Shown: positions 61,650-64,000 of the stretch, one piece after another
Numbering within the stretch: the stretch's first letter is position 1
Layout: the number at the start of each line of letters is the position of its first letter
NCBI GenBank assembly: GCA_943788005.1
Contig: CALSOP010000003.1
Location: 68,690-132,689 of the forward strand
Direction of reading: 5' to 3'
Origin: an uncultured Gammaproteobacteria bacterium
GTDB taxonomy: Bacteria > Pseudomonadota > Gammaproteobacteria > Eutrophobiales > Eutrophobiaceae
DNA length: 64,000 nt
Translations under genes and position numbers: made by a program
Notes under the pieces: generated by a model
The model's input: only the letters and a program-made list of their open reading frames with translations
Told to the model about the DNA's origin: nothing
Databases searched by the model: none

Positions 61650-63953
61650 ATGTCTGACACCAGTTTAGAAAAAATATTAATACTTGATGATAATTCTGAC
61701 TATCGTAAGTTAATAAAAACTTTTATAAGTAAGTTATTACCTTCTGTCGAAACCATCGAATACGATCCAGTATTCGAAGGCGCACCTGGCGATGATTTTA
61801 ATTGGTCAGAATTTGATGTTTTATTGCTCGATTACCATTTATCAATCGTTGGTACGACTGGACTGGACATTCTTCATAAACATCATAAGAAAGCCTTCTT
61901 TTCCAGCCACTATTATGCTCACCGGTGCTGGCACGGAAGAAGTGGCCGTACGAGCACTTAAAAACTGGCATCTATGAATATCAACCAAAACAATCGCTAA
62001 CCAAAGATAAACTAAAACAATCAATCATACATGCGTGGGAAGACAAAAAACGTCAGCGCAAAAAACAACAAGAAATTACTCAACATAACAAATCGTTCAG
62101 TAAAGAAGTATTTTATGAAAACCTAGAAACCGCAATAACACGCAATGAAACAGAGCGTGCGCTTGTTCTAATTAAACCAGACAATATCGAAGAATTGGAA
62201 CAGCTAATCGGTATTATTGGTAGAGATAGTCTGGTCAATCATATCGGAAAGAATAGTTTTGAAGTTTTTAAATTAGGTGCTTGTAATCCAAACATCACAA
62301 GAACAAGTGATACAGCTATTGCTGTACAGATTGACTATCCCGTTAATCAAGAAACACTTGAGTTCAATATGCAGGGGCTGTGCAAACATCTTGCAAAGTG
62401 CACATTCAAATTTTCTGATGAAAAATATAAATTCACGGTTAGCATAGGGTTACTAAAACTTGGCCATTAATACAATCAGCAGAACAATTAATTCAAATAG
62501 CTACTGCCGCATCCATAAAGGCAAGTGAGACAGAAGGAAATTCTTATTACATTTGGACAGAAACTGATGCACTACCCGATTTCAGTAATACTGATTCTCA
62601 TATAAATTCTACTCAAGTATCGATAACTGAATCGGAACAACAGATCAATTCAGAAAGAGAAAATCTGCAACTAGAATTAAAAGCTGCAGAAGAAGCAAAG
62701 AATAAACTTGAAGCACAATTAAGATCTGCAGAAGAAGCAAACTCAAGAGCCGAAGCAGCATTAAATGCTGCTACTGAAGCAAAGGAAAAAGCCGAGGCGG
62801 AGGCGAGAGAACAGGCTGAATTAGAAGCAAAAGAAAAAGCCGAGGCTGAAGCTAAAGCAGTGCCAAACGTGAAGCAAAGCTCGCTATAGAAGCAAAAGAA
62901 AAAATGGAGGCTGAGCTAAAAGCCATTACTGAAGCTAAAGAAAAAGCAGAAGCTGAGATGAAAGCAGCTAAAGAAGCAAAAGAAAAACTGGAGGCCGAGC
63001 TAAAAGCAATTACTGAAAACAAGAATACAAATTCAGCGCCCTTACCTGACAATCAACAAACAACAGAAAATATTCAAGATGATGATGAAAAAGAGAGTGA
63101 AGTAGCATCTACTACACCTGACAGTCCATCAATTCAGGAAATTGAAGAACGCATTAAAAAATTAATTGATGAAAAACGAATAATTCAAACATATCAACCT
63201 GTCATGGCTTTGTTTGATGATGGTGGTGAGTCAAACATAGATCTATACAAAACTGGCCTTCAAGCAATTATTGAAGAAGATCTTGAACTAAATGAAATGC
63301 TCGTTGATATATCAGTATTTTCGATCTCCTTACAACAAATAATAAATGAATGGATTTTAAGACAAATATTTTTACGTATCACTGAAACGGGTAAAACCGA
63401 ATGTAAAAATCATTTTCTCGTCAGTGTCACTGAAGCCTGGTTTTCAGATATATCGCTATTTAATTGGCTGCAAAAAATATTATCGCAAACAAAGAAGTAT
63501 GCCCCTGGAAAATCAATAATTCTTAATCTACCTATCGATATTTTTAACAAACATCAAAAACGTGCAAAACCCTTAATAGATACATTACACAAGTCGTATA
63601 ATTTTCGCGTAGCTATATCAAACATAGAATCACTTGATACTATTTCTTCTGATTGTCAATTAACCTCATCTAATATACTGATGCTTAGTGCTGATAAGTT
63701 ACAACAGTTAACAGCAATGCTTGGCCCTGAAAAGGTGACCACGGAAAATGACGACGAAAATAATGAAAAACAAAATTTGCTTCAGTATTTAAAAACTAAA
63801 GGAATACGCATCATTACAACAGGTATTGAAGATGCTACGTTACTGACTGATGCGATCACTAATGGAACTGACTATGCTATAGGAAGCTTTGTGGGGGAAG
63901 TTCAAAATAGCCTGGTAGAATCTGGCACGGTTGAGTCATTCGATCTCACTTAA
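61650..63953 (+). pseudogene. REC - degenerate GGDEF-like - coiled-coil repeat - degenerate EAL-like signalling protein (FimX-like layout), at least 4 frame breaks
   Basis: REC: ILILDDNSDYRKL…DVLLLDYHL…|SFPATIMLTGAGTEEVAVRALK|TGIYEYQPK, with a break at the A5 run 61960-61964. GGDEF-like region without GGDEF: ALVLIKPDN…FTVSIGLLKLG|…AEQLIQIATAASIKASETEGNSYYIW. Then EAKEKAEAE repeats. EAL-like region lacking the EAL/DDFG residues: YQPVMAL…VSVTEAW…ISNIES…ITTGIEDA…GTDYAIGSFVGE. Confidence 0.6.
62776..63017. repeat. in-gene tandem repeats encoding E/A/K coiled coil
   Basis: gaagcaaa(g/a)gaaaaagccgaggc(g/t)ga occurs at 62776 and 62824 (48-nt period). gaagcaaaagaaaaa(at/ct)ggaggc(t/c)gagctaaaagc(c/a)attactgaa occurs at 62889 and 62973 (84-nt period). 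Confidence 0.6.
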
Positions 63954-63954
63954 C

Positions 63955-64000
63955 ATGAAGACCTCCAGTTTATTAATTCTCCTGTTATTTTTATTCACAT
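63955..64000 (+). CDS. 5' end of a secreted/membrane protein gene (runs off window)
   Basis: ATG 1 nt after the previous stop. MKTSSLLILLLFLFT looks like a signal peptide. Confidence 0.3.
   Translation, partial: MKTSSLLILLLFLFT

Noticed and set aside
1-64000. Mobile elements, prophage, CRISPR arrays, rRNA/tRNA genes
   Set aside because: I found no transposase, integrase or phage-like ORFs, no regularly spaced direct repeats, no terminal inverted repeats, and no convincing tRNA or rRNA signatures on either strand. This is a by-eye scan only, so small or degenerate elements could have been missed.

Overview
AT-rich, gammaproteobacterial-type chromosomal segment that is almost entirely housekeeping. 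The centre (17.1-37.4 kb, minus strand) is the conserved block rpsB-tsf-pyrH-frr-uppS-cdsA-dxr-rseP-bamA-skp-lpxD-fabZ-lpxA-lpxB-rnhB-dnaE-accA-tilS, with divergent map-glnD-mutH-dusA (37.5-42.7 kb). The left flank holds a partial efflux operon, TraB/GumN, cytochrome c, DUF1244, a shattered ndh, a DsbA-like gene, a sigma-54-type two-component pair, a 24-codon pqqA absent from the ORF track, and cytochrome b561. It also holds a same-strand string of L,D-transpeptidase, DUF302 lipoprotein, MotA/ExbB-like channel, ExbD-like anchor protein, 2-TM protein and vWA-TM-FHA protein (11.0-15.6 kb). The last four genes of that string are my best candidate for an uncharacterised system. The right flank holds an FKBP isomerase, a Cache-HAMP-PP2C sensor phosphatase, Prc, an NAD-IDH-like gene without a canonical start codon, an S9 peptidase, an HDAC-like gene, CbiX, MtaB, MsrA and TauE. 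It ends in a 5-kb run of disrupted genes: an SDR, a TraR/DksA-like gene with two in-frame stops, an MshEN-like plus cNMP-binding gene, and a REC/GGDEF-like/coiled-coil/EAL-like gene. I recognised no rRNA, tRNA, CRISPR array, transposase or integrase. Ten genes have broken reading frames, mostly at short homopolymers, and these include the normally essential bamA, cdsA and map. Sequencing error versus real decay must therefore be resolved before any pseudogene call here is trusted. All calls rest on reading the translations by eye; no database search was possible.
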